Notes under the pieces: model-generated
Told to the model about the DNA's origin: nothing
Databases searched by the model: none
What the model saw: only the letters and a program-made list of their open reading frames with translations
Made by a program: the position numbers and the translations under genes
Assembly (NCBI GenBank): GCA_965648935.1
Contig: CBFGIY010000056.1
Coordinates: 1-16,564, forward strand
From: a candidate division WOR-3 bacterium
GTDB taxonomy: Bacteria > Hydrothermota > Tepidihabitantia > Tepidihabitantales > Tepidihabitantaceae
Reading direction: 5' to 3'
DNA: 16,564 nucleotides
Part shown: positions 8,366 through 15,443 of the stretch, one piece after another
Numbering within the stretch: the first letter of the stretch is position 1
Layout of the letters: each line of letters begins with the position of its first letter

Positions 8366-9829
8366 ATGGCACGGCGAATCACGATTGATCCGATAACGCG
8401 GCTCGAAGGCCACGGCAAGATCGAGATCTTCCTCGACGAGAAGGGCGAAGTCAGCAACGCTTACCTGCAGGTGCCGGAACTGCGCGGTTTCGAGCAGTTC
8501 TGTGTCGGGCGCAAGGCCGAGGACATGCCCCAGCTCACATCGCGCATCTGCGGGGTTTGCCCGGTGGCCCACCACTATGCTTCGGTCAAGGCGCTGGACT
8601 CGGCTTTCGGGGTCGAGCCAACGCCGGTCGCGCGCAAGCTGCGCGAGCTGATCTACTGCGGCTATGTCATCTATGACCACATCCTGCACTTCTACTTCCT
8701 GGGCGGGCCTGACTTCGTGGTCGGGCCGGACGCGCCCAAAGAGAAGCGCAACATCATCGGCGTCATCGAGAAGGTCGGACTCGACACGGCGAAAGAGGTT
8801 ATCAAACACCGCGCCTTCGGGCAGAAGATAACCGAGATACTCGGCGGCAAGCCGACCCACCCGGTGTCGGGCATGCCCGGCGGCCAGACCAAGGGACTGA
8901 CCGAGGAGGAGCGCGCCGAGATCGAGATGATGGCCCGGTCGTGCGTGGGCTTCGCCGAGTTCTCGCTCGGGCTGTTCGCCGACATCGTGCTCAAGAACAA
9001 GGCCTACATGGCGCTGGTGACCGACCCGCGGTTCAGCCACGCGACTTATAACATGGGCCTGGTCGATGACGGCAACAAGGTTAACTTCTACGACGGCCGT
9101 ATCCGTGTCACCGCGCCGGACGGCAAGGAGTTCGTGAAGTTCGCGGCAGCCGAGTACCTCGACCACATCGCCGAGCAGGTGCTGGACTGGACCTATGTCA
9201 AGACTCCTTACCTCAAGGCGATCGGTTACAAGGGAATGGTCGACGGGCCGGACTCGGGCATCTACCGGGTCGGTCCGCTTGGACGGCTGAACGCGGCTGA
9301 CGGCATGGCGACGCCCAAGGCTGACGCCGAGTACCAGCGGATGTACGCGACCTTCGGGGCCAGGCCGGTCAATTCGACGCTCGCGTTCCATTGGGCGCGG
9401 CTGATCGAGCTGCTGTACGTCGCCGAGCGAGCGGTCGAACTCGCGACTGATCCGGAAATCACCGGCACCGAGATTCGCAACATGGACTACAGGATGCAGG
9501 AACAGGGCGTCGGCGTGGTCGAGGCGGCGCGCGGCACGCTCTACCACCACTACTGGCTGACTGATGACCGGATGGTGAAGAAGGTCAATCTCATAGTCGC
9601 ATCGACGAACAACATCGGGCCGATGAACATGTCGGTGCGCGATGCGGCGAAGGGCCTGATTCACGGCGGCGAGCCAAGCGAAGGTCTGGTCAATACCGTG
9701 GAGATGTTTTACCGGGCTTACGATCCGTGCCTGGCCTGCGCGAGTCATGTGGTCGGCGCGACGCCGCTGGAAATCAGCATCAGGAACCGGGACGGCTCGC
9801 TGGCGCTCCGGCTGTCCAATCTGCCCTGA
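8366..9829 (+). CDS. mvhA: Group 3 [NiFe]-hydrogenase large subunit (MvhA-like, probably group 3c)
   Basis: Contains ITRLEGH, L1 motif [24 protein letters not shown] and L2 motif [12 protein letters not shown], followed by a 26-aa C-terminal extension of the type removed by a maturation protease. Confidence 0.88.
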   Translation: MARRITIDPITRLEGHGKIEIFLDEKGEVSNAYLQVPELRGFEQFCVGRKAEDMPQLTSRICGVCPVAHHYASVKALDSAFGVEPTPVARKLRELIYCGYVIYDHILHFYFLGGPDFVVGPDAPKEKRNIIGVIEKVGLDTAKEVIKHRAFGQKITEILGGKPTHPVSGMPGGQTKGLTEEERAEIEMMARSCVGFAEFSLGLFADIVLKNKAYMALVTDPRFSHATYNMGLVDDGNKVNFYDGRIRVTAPDGKEFVKFAAAEYLDHIAEQVLDWTYVKTPYLKAIGYKGMVDGPDSGIYRVGPLGRLNAADGMATPKADAEYQRMYATFGARPVNSTLAFHWARLIELLYVAERAVELATDPEITGTEIRNMDYRMQEQGVGVVEAARGTLYHHYWLTDDRMVKKVNLIVASTNNIGPMNMSVRDAAKGLIHGGEPSEGLVNTVEMFYRAYDPCLACASHVVGATPLEISIRNRDGSLALRLSNLP

Positions 9830-9845
9830 CCGGGAGGTGAGCGCG

Positions 9846-9863
9846 GTGGCCGGCCGCGACTGA
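9846..9863 (+). other. Putative 5-codon mini-ORF (GTG GCC GGC CGC GAC TGA) whose stop overlaps the GT2 start
   Basis: A strong SD GGAGGTGA at 9833-9840 is correctly spaced for the GTG at 9846 but too far from the ATG at 9863. The stop and start overlap as TGATG. Confidence 0.4.
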
Positions 9864-10762
9864 TGCCCCCCGAGGTTTCGGTCGTTTTCGTCAACTACAA
9901 CTCGACCGCGTTGCTGGAGCGGGCGGCGCGGTCGCTGATCGCGGCCGAGCCGGAACTGCCCTTTGAGATGCTTGTCGTGGACAACGCGTCGCGCGACCTG
10001 CCCGAGCTGCAGCGCGCGTGCAATTCACTTGGCGTGGAATTGCTGCGGTTGCCGGTGAACGGCGGCTATGGCCGTGCCGCGAACCGCGGCTTCGGTCGGG
10101 CGCGCGGCCGGTTCGTCGCGGTTGCCAACACTGACCTCGTGTTCCGCGGGCGTGAGGTGTCGCGTCTTGCCGCAACCCTGCGCGACAATCCGGGCGCGGG
10201 CGTGGTCGCGCCGCAGTTCGTGTACCCGGATGGCACGCCCCAGCCTTCGGCGCGGCGCTACCCGAGATTGCGTTATGCACTTGGCGGGCGGCGGTCGCCG
10301 CTGGCGCGGGTTCTGCCCGGCCTGGGTCGACGCAACGAGTTCCTTTACGATGGGATTCACCGGGCCGGGCGGCCGGTCAGCGTCGAGGCGGTGGTAGCGG
10401 CCTTCGCTCTGTTTCGACGCGAGGCGTTCGCGGCGGTGGGCGGGTTCGATGAGGCCTTTCGGATGTTCGCCGAAGATATGGACATCTGCCGCCGGCTGCG
10501 CGTTTGCGGCTGGGACGTGCTGCTTGACCCGCGTGTGCGGGTCGAGCACTATTACGGCGGAGTGCGGCGCAGTTACTCCCGTTTTTCCGACCACGAGCGC
10601 ATCCGCGCGCTGCGCCGGTTCATGGGCGCGGGCAAGGGGTGCGCGGCGCGTTCAGGGCTGACTTTGCTTTTCGCCGGGTACCTGTTCATCACCGAGGCCG
10701 GCCGCGCGGTCGGGCTGAGCGAGTACGAGCACTCCTGGCGCGGGCGGGGAGGTCGGGCGTGA
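9863..10762 (+). CDS. Family 2 glycosyltransferase (WbbL/rhamnosyltransferase-like)
   Basis: Contains VSVVFVNYNS, VVDNAS, NGGYGRAANRG, NTD and GGFDEAFRMFAEDMDICRR. Confidence 0.88.
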   Translation: MPPEVSVVFVNYNSTALLERAARSLIAAEPELPFEMLVVDNASRDLPELQRACNSLGVELLRLPVNGGYGRAANRGFGRARGRFVAVANTDLVFRGREVSRLAATLRDNPGAGVVAPQFVYPDGTPQPSARRYPRLRYALGGRRSPLARVLPGLGRRNEFLYDGIHRAGRPVSVEAVVAAFALFRREAFAAVGGFDEAFRMFAEDMDICRRLRVCGWDVLLDPRVRVEHYYGGVRRSYSRFSDHERIRALRRFMGAGKGCAARSGLTLLFAGYLFITEAGRAVGLSEYEHSWRGRGGRA

Positions 10763-12144
10763 GGCGCGTGCGCCAGTTTGCCGGGAATTCGGTGTTCCTT
10801 GCCGGGGATCTTGCCGCAGTGGTGGCAAGCTATATCATCGCCTATCTCATCCGCAACTACCTGCTCAGCGGCCTGTTCCAGATTCTGCCCGAGCCTCTGT
10901 CCCTGGGGTCTCTGGGTAGCAGGCTATACCTGCTTGCCATCTACCCGTTCGTGTTCGCTTACGAGGGGCTCTATACCAAGCGCCTAACCGCCTGGGAAGA
11001 GGTGCGCCGCTGCCTGCGCGGTATGGTCGTCGCGACGGCCTTCGTCCTGATACTGCTCTTCCTCTGGCGGTTCTGGGTCATCTCGCGCGTTGTGCTGTTC
11101 TTGTCGCTCGCCCTGGGCCTCGTGCTGCTGCCGCTGTTCCGCACTCTGCTGCGGCGGCTGTTCGTGCGGGCCGGGCTCGGCATCCAGCCGCTGGTTATCA
11201 TTGGCGGCGGCCCGATGAGCAGCCGGGTCGAGCGCGAGCTCAGTCGGCACTGGATTCAGGGTTACAGGGTAGTCGAGCGGCTCGACCGCCCGCCCGCCGG
11301 CAAGCCGGTCGCGGAGCTGCTGGACGGCGTGGCGAATCACGAGGCGACCCTGGTGGTTCTTGCCGACGCGTTCTCCACCGAGGAACTGAAGGAGATCTTC
11401 GTGTCGGCGGAGAGCCGCTTCGCCGAAGTGCTCGCCGTGCCCAATGAGTCGCTCCTGCACAGCACGGCCGCGGACGTCGAGCATCTGGGCACGGTCGTGG
11501 TTATGAAGTACCGCTACAATCTGCTGCGCCCGCTCAACCGCTGGACCAAGCGGGTGCTGGAACTCGGTGCTTGCGTCGTGCTGCTGGTGCTGCTCTGGCC
11601 GCTGCTCGTCGCGCTGGCCGTGGTGGTGAAGCTCTCTTCGCGGGGACCGGCGCTGTTCCGCCAGCCGCGGGTCGGCCTGCACGGGCGGCAGTTCTACTGC
11701 CTCAAATACCGGACGATGTTCGTTGACGCCGAGCAGCGCCTGCCCGAGATACTGGAACGCGACGCCGGCGCGCGGGCCGAGTGGGAACGCTATGCGCGAC
11801 TGACCGACGACCCGCGGGTCACGGGGCCGGGCCGATTCCTCCGCCGCTTCAGTCTGGACGAACTGCCTCAGCTTCTCAATGTGCTGCGCGGGGAGATGGC
11901 GCTGGTCGGACCGCGGCCCTATCTGCCGAGCGAGGTCGCAAAGGTCGGGCCGGGCATCGCGACGATAACGCGGGTGCGGCCCGGGATGACCGGTCTGTGG
12001 CAGGTCTCAGGCCGGGCTGACCTGCCTTTTTCCGAGCGAGTGCTGCTGGACGAATACTACATCCGCAACTGGTCGCTCTGGATGGATTTCTCGATTGTCC
12101 TGCGCACGGCGCGGGCCGTGCTCGGCGCGCGCGGGGCGTACTGA
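10759..12144 (+). CDS. wbaP: Undecaprenyl-phosphate sugar phosphotransferase (WbaP/WcaJ family)
   Basis: Four N-terminal hydrophobic helices, a further helix, then the catalytic domain (KYRTM, DDPRVT, LRRFSLDELPQLLNVLRGEMALVGPRP, PGMTGLWQVSGR). I moved the start to the GTG at 10759, which overlaps the GT2 stop (GTGA) and has SD GGAGG at 10748-10752. Sugar specificity is unknown. Confidence 0.88.
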   Translation: MRRVRQFAGNSVFLAGDLAAVVASYIIAYLIRNYLLSGLFQILPEPLSLGSLGSRLYLLAIYPFVFAYEGLYTKRLTAWEEVRRCLRGMVVATAFVLILLFLWRFWVISRVVLFLSLALGLVLLPLFRTLLRRLFVRAGLGIQPLVIIGGGPMSSRVERELSRHWIQGYRVVERLDRPPAGKPVAELLDGVANHEATLVVLADAFSTEELKEIFVSAESRFAEVLAVPNESLLHSTAADVEHLGTVVVMKYRYNLLRPLNRWTKRVLELGACVVLLVLLWPLLVALAVVVKLSSRGPALFRQPRVGLHGRQFYCLKYRTMFVDAEQRLPEILERDAGARAEWERYARLTDDPRVTGPGRFLRRFSLDELPQLLNVLRGEMALVGPRPYLPSEVAKVGPGIATITRVRPGMTGLWQVSGRADLPFSERVLLDEYYIRNWSLWMDFSIVLRTARAVLGARGAY

Positions 12145-12149
12145 GCCGG

Positions 12150-12178
12150 TTGACTGTGAGCGCGCTCAGTCCTAGCAT
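12150..12178 (+). promoter_or_regulatory. Putative sigma70-type promoter of the PorZ-like gene
   Basis: TTGACT (12150-12155), N17, TAGCAT (12173-12178). The spacer contains the perfect palindrome TGAGCGCGCTCA. Confidence 0.55.
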
Positions 12179-12190
12179 GTTTCCTACCAC

Positions 12191-14317
12191 ATGGCGACGC
12201 TCATAACGCTTGTCCTGTTGTCCGGCTTCGGCGGCTGGCAGTCGCTGACCAACACCAATTTCGTCTCGGGTCTGGCCGGCCGCGATTCCACCTTATGGTG
12301 CGCCACACTGGGAGGAGTGGTTCAGGTCGTGACACGGCCCGAGCCACGCACTGCGCGGATTCTGACCAACACAGAAGGCCTTCCCGCGAACCGCTGTCTC
12401 TGCATCGCGCTGGACGCGGCGGGCAATGCCTGGGTCGGCACGCAAGGCGGCGGGCTGGCAGTAGTTGCGCGGGAGAGTTCTTCGGCGCGGGCCTATCGGC
12501 CCAACGAGCTCGCGATGACCGTGCGAACGCTGGCCTGGGACATGGACCGATTGCTTGTGGGCACGCCTCAGGGGCTTTACGTCGTCGACACGCGCGGCAC
12601 GCCACTGGATTTCTCTGACGACGAGATACGGCGCTTCTCGGTCGCGCGTGTGCCCGAGCTGCTCAGCGACGCGGTGTTGTCGCTGGCAGTGCACGACGGC
12701 TACTGGGTCGGCACCAACCGGGGCCTGGCCCGGGCCGACACGGCTTTTGGCCGGTGGCGGTCGTGGCGCGTCCCGCTGGGCGATTCGGTGCGCGCGGTCG
12801 GTTTCTGGCGCGACACGCTCCTTGTCGGCACCGAGAACGGCGTGGCCGTGCTTGATTCAGGCGGGTTCCGGGCCGCGCTGCGCTTCGCGCGACCGACCGC
12901 ACTCCACGCGATCGCAACGTCGGTCTCGACGATCTACGTGGCGACCGAGGACGGGCTGTACGAGGCCGACCGGCCGAGCCCGCAGCGTTTCCAGCGCGTG
13001 CTTGAACTTGATGCCAGGTCAGTCTATATCGGCGGCGAGATATGGGTCGGGTGCGGGGGCGAAGAGCGTTCCGGCATCGGGTTGCGCTATCTGGTCTCCG
13101 GCCAGTCGTGGGCGCCGTTCAGCAATCGATGCATCGTCAATGCGGAGGTGCTTGACTGCGCGGTCGGCGCGCGCGGCGATATCGTGCTCTGTCACGGCGG
13201 CGGCGCGGTGACCTGGGTGAAGCCTGATTCAAGCATCTGGTCGCTGGGCAGCGTGCTGCCCGTGCCGATCCAGGCGCGGGTCGACTCGCGCAACCGGTTC
13301 TGGCTTGCTCATTTCGCCGTCGACGGCGGTCTGGCCGTTTACGACCCGGCGAGCGGCGCGTGGGACCGGGTGCAGTGGGGGCCGCAGTCGGCGCGCAACA
13401 TCATTACCGCATTCGGGCTGGACCGATACGACACGAAATGGATGTTCAACGGCGGCACGGTCATCATAGCGCTTGATTCGTCCGGGGCACAGCAGGTGTT
13501 CGAGGTGCCGGGTGTCGCCAACACCCCGGGCGGCGGGTACGAGTTCGCCTTCGACGAACGCGGACGTGCCTGGGTGGGTCTCTCTGTGGGGCTCGTGATG
13601 GTCGACTACGGCGGCACGCTCCACGACCGCTCGGACGATACCTACCGCGTCTTCTCAGCCGGGCTGCCGACCGCCGAGGTGCGTTCGGTTGCGGTCGACG
13701 CGGGCGGCGGCGTTTGGTGCGCGACCGGGCAGTGTGTGGCGCGCTGGGATGGCGCGCAGTTCGCCGTGTATACGACGGCGAACAGCGGGATCCTCTCCAA
13801 CAACAACTACCGGGTCAGAGTGGACGCCTCGAACCGCGTCTGGATTCTGGGCGACGCCGGGCTTTCGATACTGGACCAGGTGCGGGGCGTTTGGACCAGC
13901 TACACGCCGCAGAATTCCGGGCTCATTGCCAACATCCTCGGTACCCGCAATTTCTACTCCGGCATCGGGCTGCAGGACAGCATCGGCCGGGCCGCGATCG
14001 GCACCGGCGCTGGGCTGTCGTTGTTCGACTTCGCCCTGGCGCCGCCCCAGACCGCGAATGGAGTGAGAGTTTATCCGAATCCGTGCATACTCGGCGTGCA
14101 CAACGGCGTGGTCGTTGACAGCCTGCCTCTGGACGTGCAGTCGGTTGAGGTCAGGACGCTCGAGGGCCGGCTTGTCAGCCGGTTAGGCATCCGGCGCGCA
14201 ACGTACGAAGCCGTGTGGGATGGCGTGCCGGCGACGACGCCTAGCGGTCTCTACCTTGTGCTGGTGCAGACGCCGCGCGGCGTCAGGGTCGAGAAAGTGG
14301 CGCTGGTTCGGCCCTAG
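12191..14317 (+). CDS. Secreted beta-propeller protein with T9SS type A-like C-terminal domain (PorZ-like)
   Basis: Short hydrophobic N-terminus, then repeated two-component-regulator-propeller blades (GLPAN..CIALDAAGNAWVGTQGGGL; GLPTAEVRSVAVDAGGGVWCAT; NSGILSNN). The C-terminus VRVYPNP...SGLYLVLV...VEKVALVR resembles a T9SS sorting domain. PorZ orthology is inferred from architecture and size (708 aa). Confidence 0.7.
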   Translation: MATLITLVLLSGFGGWQSLTNTNFVSGLAGRDSTLWCATLGGVVQVVTRPEPRTARILTNTEGLPANRCLCIALDAAGNAWVGTQGGGLAVVARESSSARAYRPNELAMTVRTLAWDMDRLLVGTPQGLYVVDTRGTPLDFSDDEIRRFSVARVPELLSDAVLSLAVHDGYWVGTNRGLARADTAFGRWRSWRVPLGDSVRAVGFWRDTLLVGTENGVAVLDSGGFRAALRFARPTALHAIATSVSTIYVATEDGLYEADRPSPQRFQRVLELDARSVYIGGEIWVGCGGEERSGIGLRYLVSGQSWAPFSNRCIVNAEVLDCAVGARGDIVLCHGGGAVTWVKPDSSIWSLGSVLPVPIQARVDSRNRFWLAHFAVDGGLAVYDPASGAWDRVQWGPQSARNIITAFGLDRYDTKWMFNGGTVIIALDSSGAQQVFEVPGVANTPGGGYEFAFDERGRAWVGLSVGLVMVDYGGTLHDRSDDTYRVFSAGLPTAEVRSVAVDAGGGVWCATGQCVARWDGAQFAVYTTANSGILSNNNYRVRVDASNRVWILGDAGLSILDQVRGVWTSYTPQNSGLIANILGTRNFYSGIGLQDSIGRAAIGTGAGLSLFDFALAPPQTANGVRVYPNPCILGVHNGVVVDSLPLDVQSVEVRTLEGRLVSRLGIRRATYEAVWDGVPATTPSGLYLVLVQTPRGVRVEKVALVRP

Positions 14318-14475
14318 CGGCGTCGCTGCGGCTGGTGGCCGGCCGTGCGGCGCTCTTCTGCTTCCGGTTCCTCCATGCAGGACTCAAAGTACCGGCACTC
14401 TGGACAGCAGTCGTCGTCGCGGAGTTTGCCCCGGGTCTGACACGAGTCATAGCCGGAGCAGGCACGACAACACAT
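14314..14475 (-). CDS. Small cysteine-rich protein, 53 aa (MCCRACSGYDSCQTRGKLRDDDCCPECRYFESCMEEPEAEERRTAGHQPQRRR)
   Basis: Translated by hand; it is below the size of the ORFs in the track. ATG at 14475 with SD AAGGAG 10 nt upstream, 39 nt after the agmatinase stop. It has 8 Cys in two CCxxCxx[YF]xSC repeats. Its TAG overlaps the convergent PorZ-like TAG in CTAG (14314-14317). Confidence 0.75.
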   Translation of the reverse strand: MCCRACSGYDSCQTRGKLRDDDCCPECRYFESCMEEPEAEERRTAGHQPQRRR

Positions 14476-14514
14476 CGGTGGGGCGCTCCTTTCGATATCC
14501 GGGAAAGAGCTGGG

Positions 14515-15351
14515 TCACTGCTGACGGGCTCCCAGCAGAAGCACCATCTCGCGGATGAGTTCGGCCACGGTTGAGGCGCCGGCCCAGGACTGCTCGCCGC
14601 GCGGGCAGAACTCGACAATGTCGGCCCCGACGATGTCGAGACCGGCCAGGCCGGCTAGGGCCTGAGCAAGCTCCCGGTAGCTGCAGCCGCCCGGTTGCGG
14701 GGTCTGAACATCGGGCAGGAATGCCGGGTCAAGCACGTCCAAGTCAAGGGTTACGTAGACCGGGCGCCCGGCGATACGGCGGCACACTTCGGGAATCGCC
14801 TCCAGCACCGCGAACGGAAACATCCCGGCAACGTTCATCTCCCCGGCTGCGGCGAATGAGCGGATGCCGAGCTGGAAGAGATTCGCGCGGGGAATCGTGT
14901 CGAGGACGCGTTGCATAGCGGTCGCGTGGCAGACGCGCTCTCCGAGCAGCTCGTCGCGCAGGTCCGAGTGAGCATCGAACTGGATAACGCAGAGGTCAGG
15001 GTGCGCGGCGGCAAGGGCGCGCACCAGCGGCGGAGTGATCGTGTGTTCGCCGCCGATGGCCAGCAGCCGCTTGCCCTGTGCGCCTGCCGCACGCGCGGTG
15101 TCCTCAATGAGTCGCACAGGGGAGTCCGGCGCAGAGAACTCGAAGGCGAGGTTGCCGGCGTCGCAGACCGAAACCCCGGCAACGTCGCGCGACTGGTACG
15201 GGCTGAAACTCTCGATGTTGTCGGCGGCGATGCGCGCGATGTCCGGGCCGAATCGCGTCCCGGGCGCGAACGAACTCGTCCGGTCCAATGGCATACCGAT
15301 TAGAAGCACGGCAGCATCAGAGCGGGAGGCGGTGGCGTAGTAGAAGGCCAT
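14515..15351 (-). CDS. speB: Agmatinase (ureohydrolase family)
   Basis: Contains PGTRFGP, GGEHT, DAHSD, DLDVLDP, TPQPGG and DIVEFCP, so the metal ligands are present. I moved the start to the ATG at 15351 (MAFYYA...) because the longer ORF runs through the divergent promoter region. Confidence 0.88.
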   Translation of the reverse strand: MAFYYATASRSDAAVLLIGMPLDRTSSFAPGTRFGPDIARIAADNIESFSPYQSRDVAGVSVCDAGNLAFEFSAPDSPVRLIEDTARAAGAQGKRLLAIGGEHTITPPLVRALAAAHPDLCVIQFDAHSDLRDELLGERVCHATAMQRVLDTIPRANLFQLGIRSFAAAGEMNVAGMFPFAVLEAIPEVCRRIAGRPVYVTLDLDVLDPAFLPDVQTPQPGGCSYRELAQALAGLAGLDIVGADIVEFCPRGEQSWAGASTVAELIREMVLLLGARQQ

Positions 15352-15361
15352 CGAACGGCCA

Positions 15362-15389
15362 AGGATAGCCGGGCAGTTCGCCGAGTCAA
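15362..15389 (-). promoter_or_regulatory. Putative promoter of speB and the small Cys-rich gene
   Basis: The minus strand reads TTGACT (15389-15384), N16, TATCCT (15367-15362), ending 10 nt before the ATG. No SD is present. Confidence 0.6.
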
Positions 15390-15406
15390 GCCAGGCCCGG
15401 ACGGCT

Positions 15407-15435
15407 TTGACATAACCGTGCCCGGTCAATACTGT
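15407..15435 (+). promoter_or_regulatory. Putative promoter of the lpxB-like gene
   Basis: TTGACA (15407-15412), N17, TACTGT (15430-15435), ending 8 nt before the ATG at 15444. No SD is present. Confidence 0.5.
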
Positions 15436-15443
15436 CTGGCCGA

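Noticed and set aside
7664..9748. 694-aa minus-strand ORF
   Set aside because: It is fully antisense to mvhG/mvhA and has no protein family features.
9725..9865. Selenocysteine in the hydrogenase, or TGA readthrough from mvhA into the in-frame GT2
   Set aside because: The L2 motif is DPCLAC with ordinary Cys codons. The TGA falls after a normal C-terminal extension, and a hydrogenase-GT2 fusion has no functional support.
10639..10758. N-terminal 40 aa of the 501-aa WbaP ORF in the track
   Set aside because: It overlaps the GT2 gene. The GTG at 10759 has an SD and a GTGA coupling overlap.
14220..14618. Track ORFs 14220..14558 (+), 14283..14618 (-) and 14335..14574 (+)
   Set aside because: They overlap flanking genes and lack an SD or motifs. 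The 53-aa Cys-rich ORF in another frame explains the gap better.
15352..15429. N-terminal 26 aa of the 304-aa agmatinase ORF in the track
   Set aside because: It spans the divergent promoter boxes. The ATG at 15351 fits the promoter position and the start of family similarity.
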